NCBI GenBank assembly: GCA_003427395.1
Contig: BFEA01000032.1
Coordinates: 2,706,826-2,770,825 of the forward strand
DNA length: 64,000 bases
Origin: Chara braunii
Taxonomy: Eukaryota; Plantae; Charophyceae
Direction: 5' to 3'
Shown here: positions 52,194 to 64,000 of the stretch, in pieces
Position numbering within the stretch: the first letter of the stretch is position 1
Layout of the letters: every line of letters starts with the position of its first letter
Made by a program: the position numbers and the translations under genes
Notes under the pieces: model-generated
What the model was told of the DNA's origin: nothing
Database searches by the model: none
The model's input: the letters and a program-made list of their open reading frames with translations, nothing else

Positions 52194-54062
52194 CTACCTC
52201 CTAATCCTGCTTGCCAGCCGTGCATTCTGGATCTTGCTTGATGACCCTGCAGCTCCAGGTGCCTCCCGAGGGGATAATACAGATCCAGCCTTAGTTCGCG
52301 CTTCAGGGGATCCTGGGCTTGAGGGAGCCTTTTCGACAGTTCTGGATTCACTTTGTATTTGCTCTAGGCTCCTGGTATCCCTCTTGGTTGTTGCCCTGAT
52401 AATAATCCTCGCTGGCCACTCGATACGCTGGCAGAAGAAACCTGAGCCATCGGATGATGAATGACCTAGACTGACAACTTCAAAATCTTTCTTTGACCGT
52501 GTTTGCGAGAGTGCTGCCAGGTTTGGGGGTAGATGCAAACCTGGCACTGCTGACCTCCTTGGATGATCTGATGTTGGGCTCTGCACCTCAGGTGCAGTTG
52601 CCGGTGTCCCCGACTGAACTTCAGGTGGCGGTGGCCGGATACTCTGCGACCTTTGCAACGTTGCTGATGAGTCTGCGGAAGGATCAGTTTGATGTTTCTT
52701 CAGTTCTGGCCGCAAATCCTGGTCCTCTTCTGCTGTTGAGATTGCTGTGACCGCTTGATTCTTAAGATGTGTGACTGCAGTAGCTGAGCGTGCCGTCGGA
52801 GGAGGTGCAGTCGGAGAGGGCGAAGCTGGAGGAGGAAGCGGTGCAGTTGGACGCTCCTTGGAGGGAGAAGAATCTTGATCTTCCAGGCCTTCTGGCTTCT
52901 CCTTAGCAGCTGCTTTGATGTCCAACTGTGATTTCTCTGAAGACCCAAGCTCCTGTCTGAGCAATTTAACGGCCATGATCTTTGACAATAATGTTGCAGC
53001 TCGCCTTTCTGCAGTTGACTTGAATGTCTCATCAAGATTAGCTTTCCACCTCTCCGCCTTGCCTGCCACTTCCGTTTCAGACGCCTTAGCACCAAGAAGG
53101 GGAACTGACACAATGTTTTGAGAGTACTTTATATAATCTCTTGCAATGTCTCTTGCAATGTCTCTTTTGCTCTTCTCATGCGACCGCACAGACCCTCGAA
53201 CACTTTCTGACCCTCGCTGCTTTCCGCGCGACGAAATTGTGCTCCTACGTGATCCATCACGTGGAGTGACTCCATCATGGGTTGATTCCAACTTGTCCAC
53301 GGGCTTTTTCAAACTGCTCTTCTTGACCTGCCTTGGCTGTGCCCACTTTGTTGGACTTTCCACTTGTGGAGCATTCTTCGATGGTGATGGTGATCCCCAG
53401 CCGGTCTCCTTTGGCGTTAATGCTATGGGCTCCTTGCTGCTCAAGTTCGATGATGGACCCGGATTTATGCTGCCACCGTCTCGGTTTGCAGATAGTACCA
53501 TGACAGAATACCGCTTGAGAAGCGCAGAGGTGGCAATCCTGCCCGAGGAGATCTTTCCACCACTTCCTGATTGCAAGATTTCTTTTTTGCTGGGAGTGAT
53601 TACATGTTGCTGGCGACTTTCATGCTCTGCAATCAGTGCTGCCAGACCTTTGGCATCAGATTTCTCGACATCCAAGCCGCTGTCTCGAAACACGCGTATA
53701 ATTGAGGACCGAGCGGGGCCAAGAAAATCAGGCTTGGACAGCTTTCCGGTCCCAGAAATCACTGCCATCCTACTGGTTATTGGTGATTTCACCTTTGCCT
53801 TTCTGTTTGCGCCAAGTGTGCCTTCACTGCCCTCTGATCCCGCGACGCTTCCAACGCTTCCAACTTGGGAAGACGGGGAGTGGCCCGGACTGCGATCCGT
53901 ATCTGTCTTCCTTGCAATCTTCAAACTCTTTTCCAGTATGCTCGCGCCAGTTGGGAACTGGGAGACAAGAGAACTGTGTCGTCGCATCGCATTCGTCAAC
54001 TTTGCAAAGTCCTCATCGCTGAATTTGATGCTTAACTGTCGCCGCTTCATGATGTCTCTCAC
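52194..54062 (-). CDS. Large exon of a probable host gene encoding a Ser/Lys/Pro-rich, largely disordered protein; likely extends upstream across the gap toward ~54800
   Basis: Uninterrupted 622-aa ORF without TE motifs. The apparent stop lies inside a candidate splice donor AG|GTAGGT at 52198/52197. Confidence 0.65.
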   Translation of the reverse strand: MRDIMKRRQLSIKFSDEDFAKLTNAMRRHSSLVSQFPTGASILEKSLKIARKTDTDRSPGHSPSSQVGSVGSVAGSEGSEGTLGANRKAKVKSPITSRMAVISGTGKLSKPDFLGPARSSIIRVFRDSGLDVEKSDAKGLAALIAEHESRQQHVITPSKKEILQSGSGGKISSGRIATSALLKRYSVMVLSANRDGGSINPGPSSNLSSKEPIALTPKETGWGSPSPSKNAPQVESPTKWAQPRQVKKSSLKKPVDKLESTHDGVTPRDGSRRSTISSRGKQRGSESVRGSVRSHEKSKRDIARDIARDYIKYSQNIVSVPLLGAKASETEVAGKAERWKANLDETFKSTAERRAATLLSKIMAVKLLRQELGSSEKSQLDIKAAAKEKPEGLEDQDSSPSKERPTAPLPPPASPSPTAPPPTARSATAVTHLKNQAVTAISTAEEDQDLRPELKKHQTDPSADSSATLQRSQSIRPPPPEVQSGTPATAPEVQSPTSDHPRRSAVPGLHLPPNLAALSQTRSKKDFEVVSLGHSSSDGSGFFCQRIEWPARIIIRATTKRDTRSLEQIQSESRTVEKAPSSPGSPEARTKAGSVLSPREAPGAAGSSSKIQNARLASRIRR

Positions 54063-54903
54063 ATTGTCAGCACGAGTCCCACTTGCTCCATTGGAGCTTG
54101 CATTTGGTGGAGAATGGACCCTTGCAGCCCTACCTGCAGAACCAGAGTGCGCAGNNNNNNNNNNNNNNNNNNNNNNNNNNNNNNNNNNNNNNNNNNNNNN
54201 NNNNNNNNNNNNNNNNNNNNNNNNNNNNNNNNNNNNNNNNNNNNNNNNNNNNNNNNNNNNNNNNNNNNNNNNNNNNNNNNNNNNNNNNNNNNNNNNNNNN
54301 NNNNNNNNNNNNNNNNNNNTGCATTTGGTGGAGAATGGACCCTTGCAGCCCTAGCTGCAGAACCAGAGTGCACAGAAGCAGAGGCAGCAGCTGGGGCTAC
54401 TGGCAGCTTCTGCATCTTGCCGTGTGGGCTTGGTCTTCTTGCTGCAGATTGTCGACCTATTGATTACTTTCCTGTGTTTTGGCGAGCTGCATGGATGGCG
54501 TTTGACATTCTCCTGGACATATGCAAACCATAAGACCTTTTCACATTGGCTAGAACTTGTGCACGTTGCGGAACCTTTTTTTTCTCCAGTTTGGAGTCTT
54601 TGGATTGGGTATGTGCAGATCGCTGCAACACCTGCTTGAATTCGCTTGCGCTTCTGAAAGCCGTGAAAACGGCCTTGGAATACTGAAAAGGTTTTGCCTC
54701 TTCCGAATTCTTTTCACAGTTGTTTCCCCTCACAGGATGCAAGACCTTTGGACATCGGTGCTTCATCCCCTGCAGATTGTGAAATCCATTTGAATTTTGA
54801 ATTGGTATTTCCTGCCACTGTTTGGACTTGGAGACCTTTTCACAATCAGTATGGCTTGCCAGTGTGAGAAGTTGTGATAGCTACCACAGGTGGATGCAGA
54901 CAG

Positions 54904-55346
54904 TTAAACCACCACTACCTACCGCATGTTTTGTACCCGCTGGCCTCGAATGAATTTGGACCGGGGGGCAGGCCGATACGGCTACTGCGTTAACAGCCGG
55001 CCCAACCGGTAGGTACTGGTGTTTAAACTATAAACCACCACTACCTTTCCCAGGCAACGTCGAGACTCAACAAATGAGACAATCCGGTGATGATTCCGGG
55101 CTCTTTGGAGGCTCGGGGCTACTGGAATCCGATGGTTGGCAGCACAAGCCAAAAGAGGGAAAAAGTGCCATGCTGCCGCTCTGGCAAAGCTTGGCATGCA
55201 GTTATTTTCTGCTTCAGCAAAAAGAAAAAGAAGGTCCAAATCGGCGGATACTGACCGTATGGGAGTTGATTACCCATCTGTTGTTGGTATTGATTTGGGG
55301 ACAAGTGACTAAACAACAACTTCTCAGAGGTAGTGGTGGTTTAAAC
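54904..55346. mobile_element. Two abutting small TIR elements sharing TAAACCACCACTACCT termini
   Basis: Forward motif at ~54906 and ~55031; inverted copies at ~55012-55027 and ~55328-55346. Confidence 0.6.
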
Positions 55347-55503
55347 CAAGCACAAACTGCGGTTTGCATCTGGTGTCTCCAACTCCAACTCACTAACTCA
55401 CTGCTCAGCCCTAAGTTCTCTAAATTGTGCAGCAACACTCTCACTTCCTGATTATGAAAGACCCAACCAAAGTGGGAATGGGTCCAACACGGAACGCCAG
55501 AGA

Positions 55504-55539
<36 letters not shown>

Positions 55540-56208
55540 GTGTCCTTACAGAGTCTTAAGATGAGCAGGAGGATTCTGGTAGCAACACAAGCAACTTGGG
55601 TTATGCACCCCCGATCCGCCCTGCTGAGTTGTGGCCCTCCTTATCTTGTCAAACCCGCAACTGGCAGCTGGCATCCTCTTGGACATCTACCCACGTCACA
55701 ATCAGCAAGCAAGCATGAGCTGTAAGAGAGTTCCTGTCCCCAGTATGGTGTTCATAGCATGCCCACACAGCTGCATGGGTGCACTTCAGGTGCCACTTTT
55801 TTTGTGACCCCATACTGCCAGTGACTTACTGTGCCCAGTATGGTGTCGACAATACATCGACACGTAAGTCACCGGTGCTACCGTTAGCTCTAGGCTCAGC
55901 AAGGCAAGGCTTACCGGTAGCTCCAGGGTCGGAGTTGATAGCTGAGAAAGGTACTGGTGGTTTCAGGTACCACTTTGTGCTCTCGTGCTATGAGCGAGTT
56001 ACTGTTCTCAGCATTGTGTTAATAATATGCCCGCCCTGCTGGAAGTGTGGTACCGAGGTACCCTTTTGTGGCCCTATGCCTTAAGAAAAAATGTTGCAGA
56101 GCCCGCAGGCAACATAAGGCAGTCGAGAAATCACTGACCTGCCTTGAACATACCTGGCATGTTAGCAGGCCTTTCGATCAGCTACACAACAACAGCTGAA
56201 GCAGGAAG

Positions 56209-56390
56209 CACGATCAGGACCCACTCCTTTCCCGCTAACCCTTCCCAACTCATCGGGCAAGGAGCACTAAGGACCCAAAGTCCCTGCGGCGCTGGTTACA
56301 CGATCAGGACCCAGTCCTTGCCCTCTAGCCCTTCCCAATTCATCGCGCAAGGAGTACTAAGGACCCAAAGTCCCTGCGGCGCTGGTTACC
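56209..56390. repeat. 90-bp tandem duplication
   Basis: CGATCAGGACCCA anchors at 56211 and 56301. Confidence 0.9.
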
Positions 56391-58286
56391 AAAGCATCTA
56401 ATACCCCCTTCCAACGCAAGAGAAGGCATTTGCCTGCTTTCAGGCGAAGGGCATTGCAACATCCCTTCTACAACAGCTGAAGCTGAGACCCCCCTCTAAA
56501 TAGCCCTTCCCGTCTAATACCCCCATTCCAACGCGTCAGGTAACGACTGCAAGTCCCGGCCCTGCTGGTTCCACATGCAGTCTGTGCCACACTGCAAGAT
56601 GACTAGTCGACCCACGTTCAACCAAATGGCATGCCAGCAGACTCAGCACCCATTCTCATACCTGCAAGACAGGTGAAGCGGAGAGTTTCCTCGAAAACAA
56701 CCTCTTTCCCGCCACCAGGTTCTATATGCATCAGGTAAGGGCCTTTCTGGCCCCTGCTTCGTTGGGCATCATGAAATGCTAGAGCCGCAAGGACATGTTC
56801 ACCCACAACTTCAACCAACTTACATGCAGATCTCTGTTTCCCCCACTCCCCAATGCAAAAGTAGACAGGAGTCGTACACGCACACCTTTAACCAACCGAC
56901 ATGTCAGCATCCTCTTCCATAACTGCACGGCAGCTGAGGTGGAAGCTTCCTCGACATGGTCCTGTCTTTCTCTCCCCTTCCCCCGCGGACAAATGCTCTG
57001 AGTTTCCGTCCCATCTGCTAATGTCAGTCGATGAACGACTGCATGTCTTTGTAGAAGTTTGTACCTCTCTGCTTCAGCTTGCACCTCCAGTTCAGCTCAT
57101 TTGAACAACACGGCAGTGGAAAGTTCGGTGACCTATCTAATTTCATGTCTTCAGCATGGAATAAACATTCATTTAAACCTTTCTGAATTTGCAAATCGAA
57201 CCCATAGTTTGCATTGCCAATCACTTACTGTCGATGTTTCCTTTCAAAAAGGATTGATTCCTCTGCCATGACCATTCAGGTGTCCTGGATGGACAATGCA
57301 TCCAATGCATCCAGTGTTCCCTTTCAAGAAGGATCATTCGCCTTTGCCACGACCATTCAGGTGTCTTAGAAAATGCGGCCCTCTGCAGAGCCCTTCTTAT
57401 ACCACCTGTCAATGCTCTGGGAATGTGAACACCTCACTGCCGCCCACAACTTTCCCATCTGATGATTCTGATATCCCGGAAAGGCATGGATTCCAGAGGG
57501 CCCTTTCACTACCCCCTCTTTTTGACCCCTTGCTTAGAGGTGTGGCAGGTCAGTTTACCGTGGCTAGGTAGGGCCGTGAACAGGCCACTTTGAATTCAAA
57601 CTAGAATGGTTCCGGACATCTACTATTTTTTTTTTTCATCAGATATCGCCCAATGGCATAGCCTCGAGAGGCCACTATCTCGAAACCCCTTTTAACCCCC
57701 TGGCTTAGCAGCATGGCAGGCCTGTTGAGCGCAGTTAGGTAGGCTCTTCGACAGGTTACTCTCATTTCAAGCTCGAATGGTCGACAACATCTTCCACCTT
57801 CATAGAACCTGGACAGTTCCCTGAAGGACATGATCAGTCTCAAGCACTATGATGATGTTCAGCAACACAAATAGAATCTTGGGAGGGTGGAACGAGGGGG
57901 AAGAGAAGGGCAGCGATCATTCCTCCATTCTCCCTCAGCTCCTTTCGTCCTCGCAGATGTTATGGTAGCTCATATCCTGTCAGATGATACAACACCTCAT
58001 CACCATCTTCTCACCTCACCATCGCTCCGAGGTACGAGCTACATCGCTCCCGAAGTAGTCAATCGACTTTTCCGACAGGAAGAAGGAACATTTCCAACCT
58101 TCCAAACACAAGATCTTTCTGCTCATGCCTGCGCAAATGTCCAAAATTGAAATGTTCCAAATACTATGCCATGTCATCATCGCATGCATGAATCCGTTTT
58201 GAATGTTGTCGTGGTCCAACTTTTGATGAAACTGGATGTGTCCTACCTGTGAATTTTACTTGCGTGTCTGAAAAACTATGTATAAA

Positions 58287-58429
58287 GGACGCTGGACCCG
58301 TTTTCCAGCAGGTGCAGCTCCGCACCAATAGATTGGAGCCAACAGGCAGCCTGCTAGGGGTGGGTGCTCGTATCACTATCCCTAGCAGGACCAACTGATG
58401 ATTTAAAATTAAAAAAAAAAAAAAAAAAA
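58287..58429 (+). mobile_element. Short LINE-3'-end insertion with poly(A)
   Basis: Shared 3' motif, then hairpin CCTGCTAGGG...CCCTAGCAGG, then poly(A) 58411-58429. Confidence 0.8.
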
Positions 58430-59573
58430 GTTGAGCCCTGGCCATTAGCCCAAGCATACATGTGCGTGCTTCGTGTATGGTGCATTCGTTTTTCATGTGG
58501 TCATTGTACATACGCCTGGTTTGTGTATGATGCGTTCTTTTCATGTGATCACCGCCGATGGTTTTGGACTTGCATTATGCAATGTCAATGCTATGGAGCC
58601 ATGAGCTTCGCCTATGGGCATGGCAGTTGAGAAATGTTTGCGGAATCATTTATATGATCCCATACGTCCACAGGTATGCATGCCATCTGCAATCACTCAT
58701 GACCCAAGAGGAGTGACACTACCTTTGTGGAAGCAACTGATAACCGGTGAGGGATGATTTGTCTCATCTGGTGGTCAGGAGCGGTGGGAGGATCATGTGC
58801 TGGATTGAAGCGAGAATTGCCTGTGCGGCATTTGCCTGTGTAGTGTTGTGTGCGTGAGTGAGTGAAGGACACTGCAGCCATGCAGGGGTCGGTTAGGTAT
58901 TCCGACAGGTATGGTTCCACTTTAGAACATCGTGTCATGGGTGTAGTGGAGGCTCTGCAACTGCGACCTGGATGGACGCCGTGTGAATGAGCAATGGAAT
59001 CTGTGTTCTCCACAGGACCCTTTGTGATGTCTGGCATCAATCACTACTATGGTCCCTCCGTCGCCCCCAGTGTTTGCACTTTCGGGCGATCCCGATTTCC
59101 AACCAATGGAGAACTTGGGATCCTTAGGTGTCCCCACATCTTGGATCTGCTGCCTGCAGCTGGCTCTTGTGGCTAAGGGTGCTGGTTCGATTCCACGCGT
59201 GCACGGATGGATCCGAGGCTAGAAAGTACTGATCAGTAGCGACCGACAACCTTGTTACCCTGAACATACCTCCCTGTTATTATGGTTCTACTCGACCAGG
59301 ATAGTCTGTATACATTTTATTGGGGAGTTATGTTCAGGGGTGTAAGGTAAGGTAGCTCCCATTGCCTCCATTGGGAGTGCGAAGTCCAAGGAACGAAACC
59401 TTGGCCATCGTGGTGTGTATGCATTCATGATGATCTTAGGGAGTTATGTTCAGAGGAGGAATGTAGTTACCATTTCCTCCCTTCGGAGTGTGAAGTCCAA
59501 AGAACAAAACCTTGGCAATCAAGAAATGCACGAGGTGATCGAATCGCCCGGTCACAGCTAACTTATTACAACT

Positions 59574-59862
59574 GGCATTTTGTTAAAACTGACATTTTTT
59601 TCTAAATTCATGAAATTGAGCGTACCACAAAACAACATTTTTTAGTGTTTTTTTGTCCCCATGACGTCGGATGATCAGATCATCGGGTGTCATGGCGACT
59701 CCCGATGATCTGACCATTGGATGTATGTTAACAGTACTTTACGTTGAGGTACATCAGATGGACAAAGTGAGATAACCACTTTCTCACCCGATGAGCAATG
59801 AAATTTTGACTAAGTCCACTTTCGTGAATTCAGAAAAAAATGTCAGTTTTAACGAAATGTCA
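59574..59862. mobile_element. MITE (inverted repeat)
   Basis: CATTTTGTTAAAACTGACATTTTTTTCT...AGAAAAAAATGTCAGTTTTAACGAAATG. Confidence 0.8.
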
Positions 59863-60417
59863 ATTTTACCCTGAATATAACTCCCTTATGATGGTTCTGT
59901 TCGGCCAGGATTTTTCTGCCAGAATAAGGAAGGTTCCCCCTTTAATAGGAGGAACTACCATCAGAGTAAAGAGGGTATAAGAGGACCGGAATAGCTGTCC
60001 ACCTGCAACTCCCCCTGATACAGGGTAACGGGGTTAGTAGGGGAGGATAGCAGGGACTGCGGGATAGCAGGGACTGGGGGATAGCAGGGGATAGAATACG
60101 ACTTCATTGCCGGTCTCAGCCAGGGGGAGACATGAGATAGTCTCAAATTCTTGTCCAGTTGCTACTACAACATGATTAATGTTCATCATGTATCAAGGGT
60201 TTAGGGTTTAGGGTCTAGGGATTAGATCCGAAAGGGAGGAGGATGAATAGAGGAGAATGAATGTGGCCACCCTCGACATCGACCAACATACAGTGAATAA
60301 AGGGGGGGAGTAGCTAGTGTCTCATTGAATATTAATGGCAGTCTGCCGTCAGATTGACAAAGGCGATCCCCCCACATGTTTCAACCTGTCCCTGTTTTTA
60401 ATGTACAAATGTATAAA

Positions 60418-60543
60418 GGGACGCTGGGCCTGTTTTCCAGCAGGTGCAGCTCCCCACCAATAGATGGAGCCTCCTCCGAGGAAGCTTGAGGCGTCTTCTC
60501 CGGGGTTGTTTTCTCAAAAACAACAACAACAACAACAACAACA
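60418..60543 (+). mobile_element. Short LINE-3'-end insertion with (CAA)n tail
   Basis: Shared 3' motif, a third hairpin, then AAAAA(CAA)n. Confidence 0.75.
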
Positions 60544-60762
60544 TGATTAATGAGAATCACGTCCAGATCTCAGTCAAAGAAGTTCCGGCATGAGTTTGCC
60601 CTAAGATCGGAGCCGGCCTTCAACGGGCTAGGGAGGGCTCCTATCCGTGCAACGTTGAAGGCCTGGCCCTTGATGTTTCTCTTCAAAAACACGCACAAAA
60701 AAAGAAAGAGGATAGGTTCCGTATAGATTTCGTCACAATGTGATCTCTGAAATGTATTCTTT

Positions 60763-60906
60763 GGATGCTGGACCCAGTTTCCAGCAGGTGCTACTCCCCA
60801 CCAATAAATTGGAGTCAGTGGCAGGGTAGGTAGGAGTGCATGCTCTTAACATCATTCCTATATTCTTTCAGCTGTATTTCATTATTTATTAAAAAAAGAA
60901 AAAAAA
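60763..60906 (+). mobile_element. Short LINE-3'-end insertion with A-rich tail
   Basis: GGATGCTGGACCCAGTTTCCAGCAGGTGCTACTCCCCACCAATAAATTGGAGT; A-rich tail at 60891-60906. Confidence 0.7.
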
Positions 60907-61639
60907 GGTCCCATATCTAGGCGACCAGCTGGACCGCCCAGGTCACCTTTTTTTTGCGGGCGGCCCGGCCGGTCCTCGTAAGGTCCCAGCAAAAAAAAAA
61001 AAAAAATCCGAATAAAAAGTATATTATGCAGAAAAATAAACTGAACAACTTTTGCCTCAGGGTCACATCCCAAATCTCCACCAAACAAACAAAAATTGAC
61101 CAAAGGCGGTGCGTTAGCGCAGCGTTAGTGGCGGCGTTCGGGCGTTGGGGGATTGCTCACGGGCCGACAAATCTGTCTGCTTGGATTGCCAAAACTTGGC
61201 GCTGGCGTGACCATGGCGGCGCAGGGAAGAACACTGGGGTGTTAGGGGGGGTTACCGAGGGAGCTGTGATATGCTCCTGGTCGTTGCTGGTCTCACTTGA
61301 CTTCTGTCAGGAATCCTAGTTCGGTGGAGGAAGGAGAGCGTGATATGTGGGGCCATCGGCGAGTGGGATCCGGATGCTGCATCATATCTGACGAGACCGA
61401 TCGGGGGTTCTGCCCCTCGATCTTTGATATGGAGGTTTTTGCGGGGGTCTCCTGCCCTGACACTGTTGTCAGGGTCAGCCCGCAAAGGTGAGGAAGACAG
61501 GAGCTACGGGAGATTTCCGGACTTCTCATGTTTGCGGCACAGCGGTGGTACGTGGGGATTTCACTTACGATCTCCAGCAGGAGCGCACATTGACTTTGTG
61601 GATTGGGTGTGCTCACCTGTCATGGCTCGTGTTGGGGTC

Positions 61640-61657
61640 AGAGACAGAGAGAGAGAC

Positions 61658-61738
<81 letters not shown>

Positions 61739-62738
61739 NNNNNNNNNNNNNNNNNNNNNNNNNNNNNNNNNNNNNNNNNNNNNNNNNNNNNNNNNNNNNN
61801 NNNNNNNNNNNNNNNNNNNNNNNNNNNNNNNNNNNNNNNNNNNNNNNNNNNNNNNNNNNNNNNNNNNNNNNNNNNNNNNNNNNNNNNNNNNNNNNNNNNN
61901 NNNNNNNNNNNNNNNNNNNNNNNNNNNNNNNNNNNNNNNNNNNNNNNNNNNNNNNNNNNNNNNNNNNNNNNNNNNNNNNNNNNNNNNNNNNNNNNNNNNN
62001 NNNNNNNNNNNNNNNNNNNNNNNNNNNNNNNNNNNNNNNNNNNNNNNNNNNNNNNNNNNNNNNNNNNNNNNNNNNNNNNNNNNNNNNNNNNNNNNNNNNN
62101 NNNNNNNNNNNNNNNNNNNNNNNNNNNNNNNNNNNNNNNNNNNNNNNNNNNNNNNNNNNNNNNNNNNNNNNNNNNNNNNNNNNNNNNNNNNNNNNNNNNN
62201 NNNNNNNNNNNNNNNNNNNNNNNNNNNNNNNNNNNNNNNNNNNNNNNNNNNNNNNNNNNNNNNNNNNNNNNNNNNNNNNNNNNNNNNNNNNNNNNNNNNN
62301 NNNNNNNNNNNNNNNNNNNNNNNNNNNNNNNNNNNNNNNNNNNNNNNNNNNNNNNNNNNNNNNNNNNNNNNNNNNNNNNNNNNNNNNNNNNNNNNNNNNN
62401 NNNNNNNNNNNNNNNNNNNNNNNNNNNNNNNNNNNNNNNNNNNNNNNNNNNNNNNNNNNNNNNNNNNNNNNNNNNNNNNNNNNNNNNNNNNNNNNNNNNN
62501 NNNNNNNNNNNNNNNNNNNNNNNNNNNNNNNNNNNNNNNNNNNNNNNNNNNNNNNNNNNNNNNNNNNNNNNNNNNNNNNNNNNNNNNNNNNNNNNNNNNN
62601 NNNNNNNNNNNNNNNNNNNNNNNNNNNNNNNNNNNNNNNNNNNNNNNNNNNNNNNNNNNNNNNNNNNNNNNNNNNNNNNNNNNNNNNNNNNNNNNNNNNN
62701 NNNNNNNNNNNNNNNNNNNNNNNNNNNNNNNNNNNNNN

Positions 62739-62802
<64 letters not shown>
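61640..62802. repeat. (GA)n microsatellite spanning an assembly gap
   Basis: GA repeats on both sides of the N run. Confidence 0.9.
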
Positions 62803-62806
<4 letters not shown>

Positions 62807-63802
62807 GCAGCAGTTAGGGGACCAGCTGAAGCCAAACAGTTGAAACCCCTGAAACCCCACAAAAAGGTGCAGAAATGAGAGAAGTCAGTAGGCCCGGGCA
62901 TTAAGAACTGAGCGTGGTTCATGCACTGGGGGTCTTCAAAACTGTAGCTTGCCAATTTGCCAAACCTATTACCAACCATGGGGCGCGGCGCTCCTGGCAG
63001 CGCTGCGCCCCGGACATCGCAGCTGCACGGGGCTTTTTCGACAATGCGGTCGCGCGATCGCCGCGTGTGAGGAATACACCGAAGTGCATTGTGTTTCGTG
63101 CCATCGCGCGAATTAGAGAGCTGTACTTGGTGGAAAATTGCGCATGTCGCTCCTGCCCTACTTATGTCGGAGTTCGAGACGATAAGGGAGGGGAAGAAGT
63201 GAATGCTTTCTCCTATCTGTGTGGGGGTCAGCGGACATAGCCATGGCAGGCTCATGGTAAGGAAGGTGGGCGTACTCGTGAGTGCGTTCTGGAGGCAGGG
63301 AGTGTAATGCTCCTTTCGCAGTCATCTGGACCAACATTTGGAAGGAGATCTGACAGGAGGTAAGTGCGAGCGGGTTGAAGAAAGGGTTAACCGCGTTACT
63401 ACATCAGGAGCATCATTTGGCAGTATTCATCATCATCATCATCATCTTTGAAGTCTTTATTATTTTCTTCTCTATAATCTACGCGTCCATTCGTCCTTTC
63501 TGCCACCTCACTTCTTCCCTCCAATTTTCTTCCCTCCACCTTTCTTTCACTACTACTGCTTCGCTCTTGCTCGTTTCATCTTCGAGATTCTACCCCGATT
63601 GCTACTTCGAAAGTGGGGGTTCAGACAGCGGGACACCCATAGTAGGATGTGGCGGGGGGAAGAAATGGAGGAGAGGAGGCGTAGGGGGAGAGGAGGAAAG
63701 TAGGGTTAGAGGGGGGGAGAGGGATGGGGGGGGGGGGGGAGTTTTTGTGGCGGTTTTCTACAAGTCGCGACAGTGTCGTCAGGTATTGTGGACAGCATCT
63801 TC

Positions 63803-63850
<48 letters not shown>

Positions 63851-64000
63851 TTCCGCTAGCTCTTTTGTCTCCTTCGTACTCTCTCTCTTCTTCCATCCAC
63901 CTTTCTTCCCTTCAAATTCCTTCACTACTCTTGTTCCCCTCTGGAGCGTTTCTTCTTCGCGGATTCTAGCCCGACATCCAGAATAGGATGTGGCGGGGGG

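Noticed and set aside
53146-54354. 402-aa plus-strand ORF
   Set aside because: Antisense shadow of the 622-aa minus-strand ORF, and it runs through Ns.
54100-54372. Direct repeat on both sides of the N gap
   Set aside because: Probably an unmerged contig overlap (assembly artefact).
61388-61425. CUGACGA followed by a hairpin
   Set aside because: No GAAA box after the hairpin, so not a hammerhead.
61340-63255. Long ORFs spanning 61.3-63.3 kb (likewise 7.4-8.5 kb and 14.3-15.4 kb)
   Set aside because: Length is inflated by N runs and dinucleotide repeats.

Overview
Eukaryotic, repeat-dominated window with assembly gaps and many microsatellites. The repeat style and the zinc-knuckle/GIY-YIG/Penelope-type RT fragments suggest a charophyte alga such as Chara (inference only). 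Contents: a disabled L1/Tx1-like LINE (-, ~1.46-8.48 kb); several 5'-truncated LINE/SINE tails that share a structured 3' motif; a Penelope-like RT ORF with a downstream minimal type I hammerhead ribozyme; a separate Penelope-like 5' half (CCHC ORF1 plus GIY-YIG); a stand-alone type III hammerhead between two (TA)n tracts; TIR DNA transposons and MITEs; three decayed paralogous small ORFs; and one large exon of a probable host gene (-, ~52.2-54.1 kb). The most striking feature is a pair of homologous, non-coding, LTR-like elements (~16.0-20.1 kb and ~36.3-43.6 kb). At the same internal position each carries an array of ~12-13 hairpins whose stems differ in sequence but keep pairing, while the apex is conserved within the array and differs between elements (a cUUCGg tetraloop module versus an AUAAGUU loop). 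All alignments and folds were done by eye.
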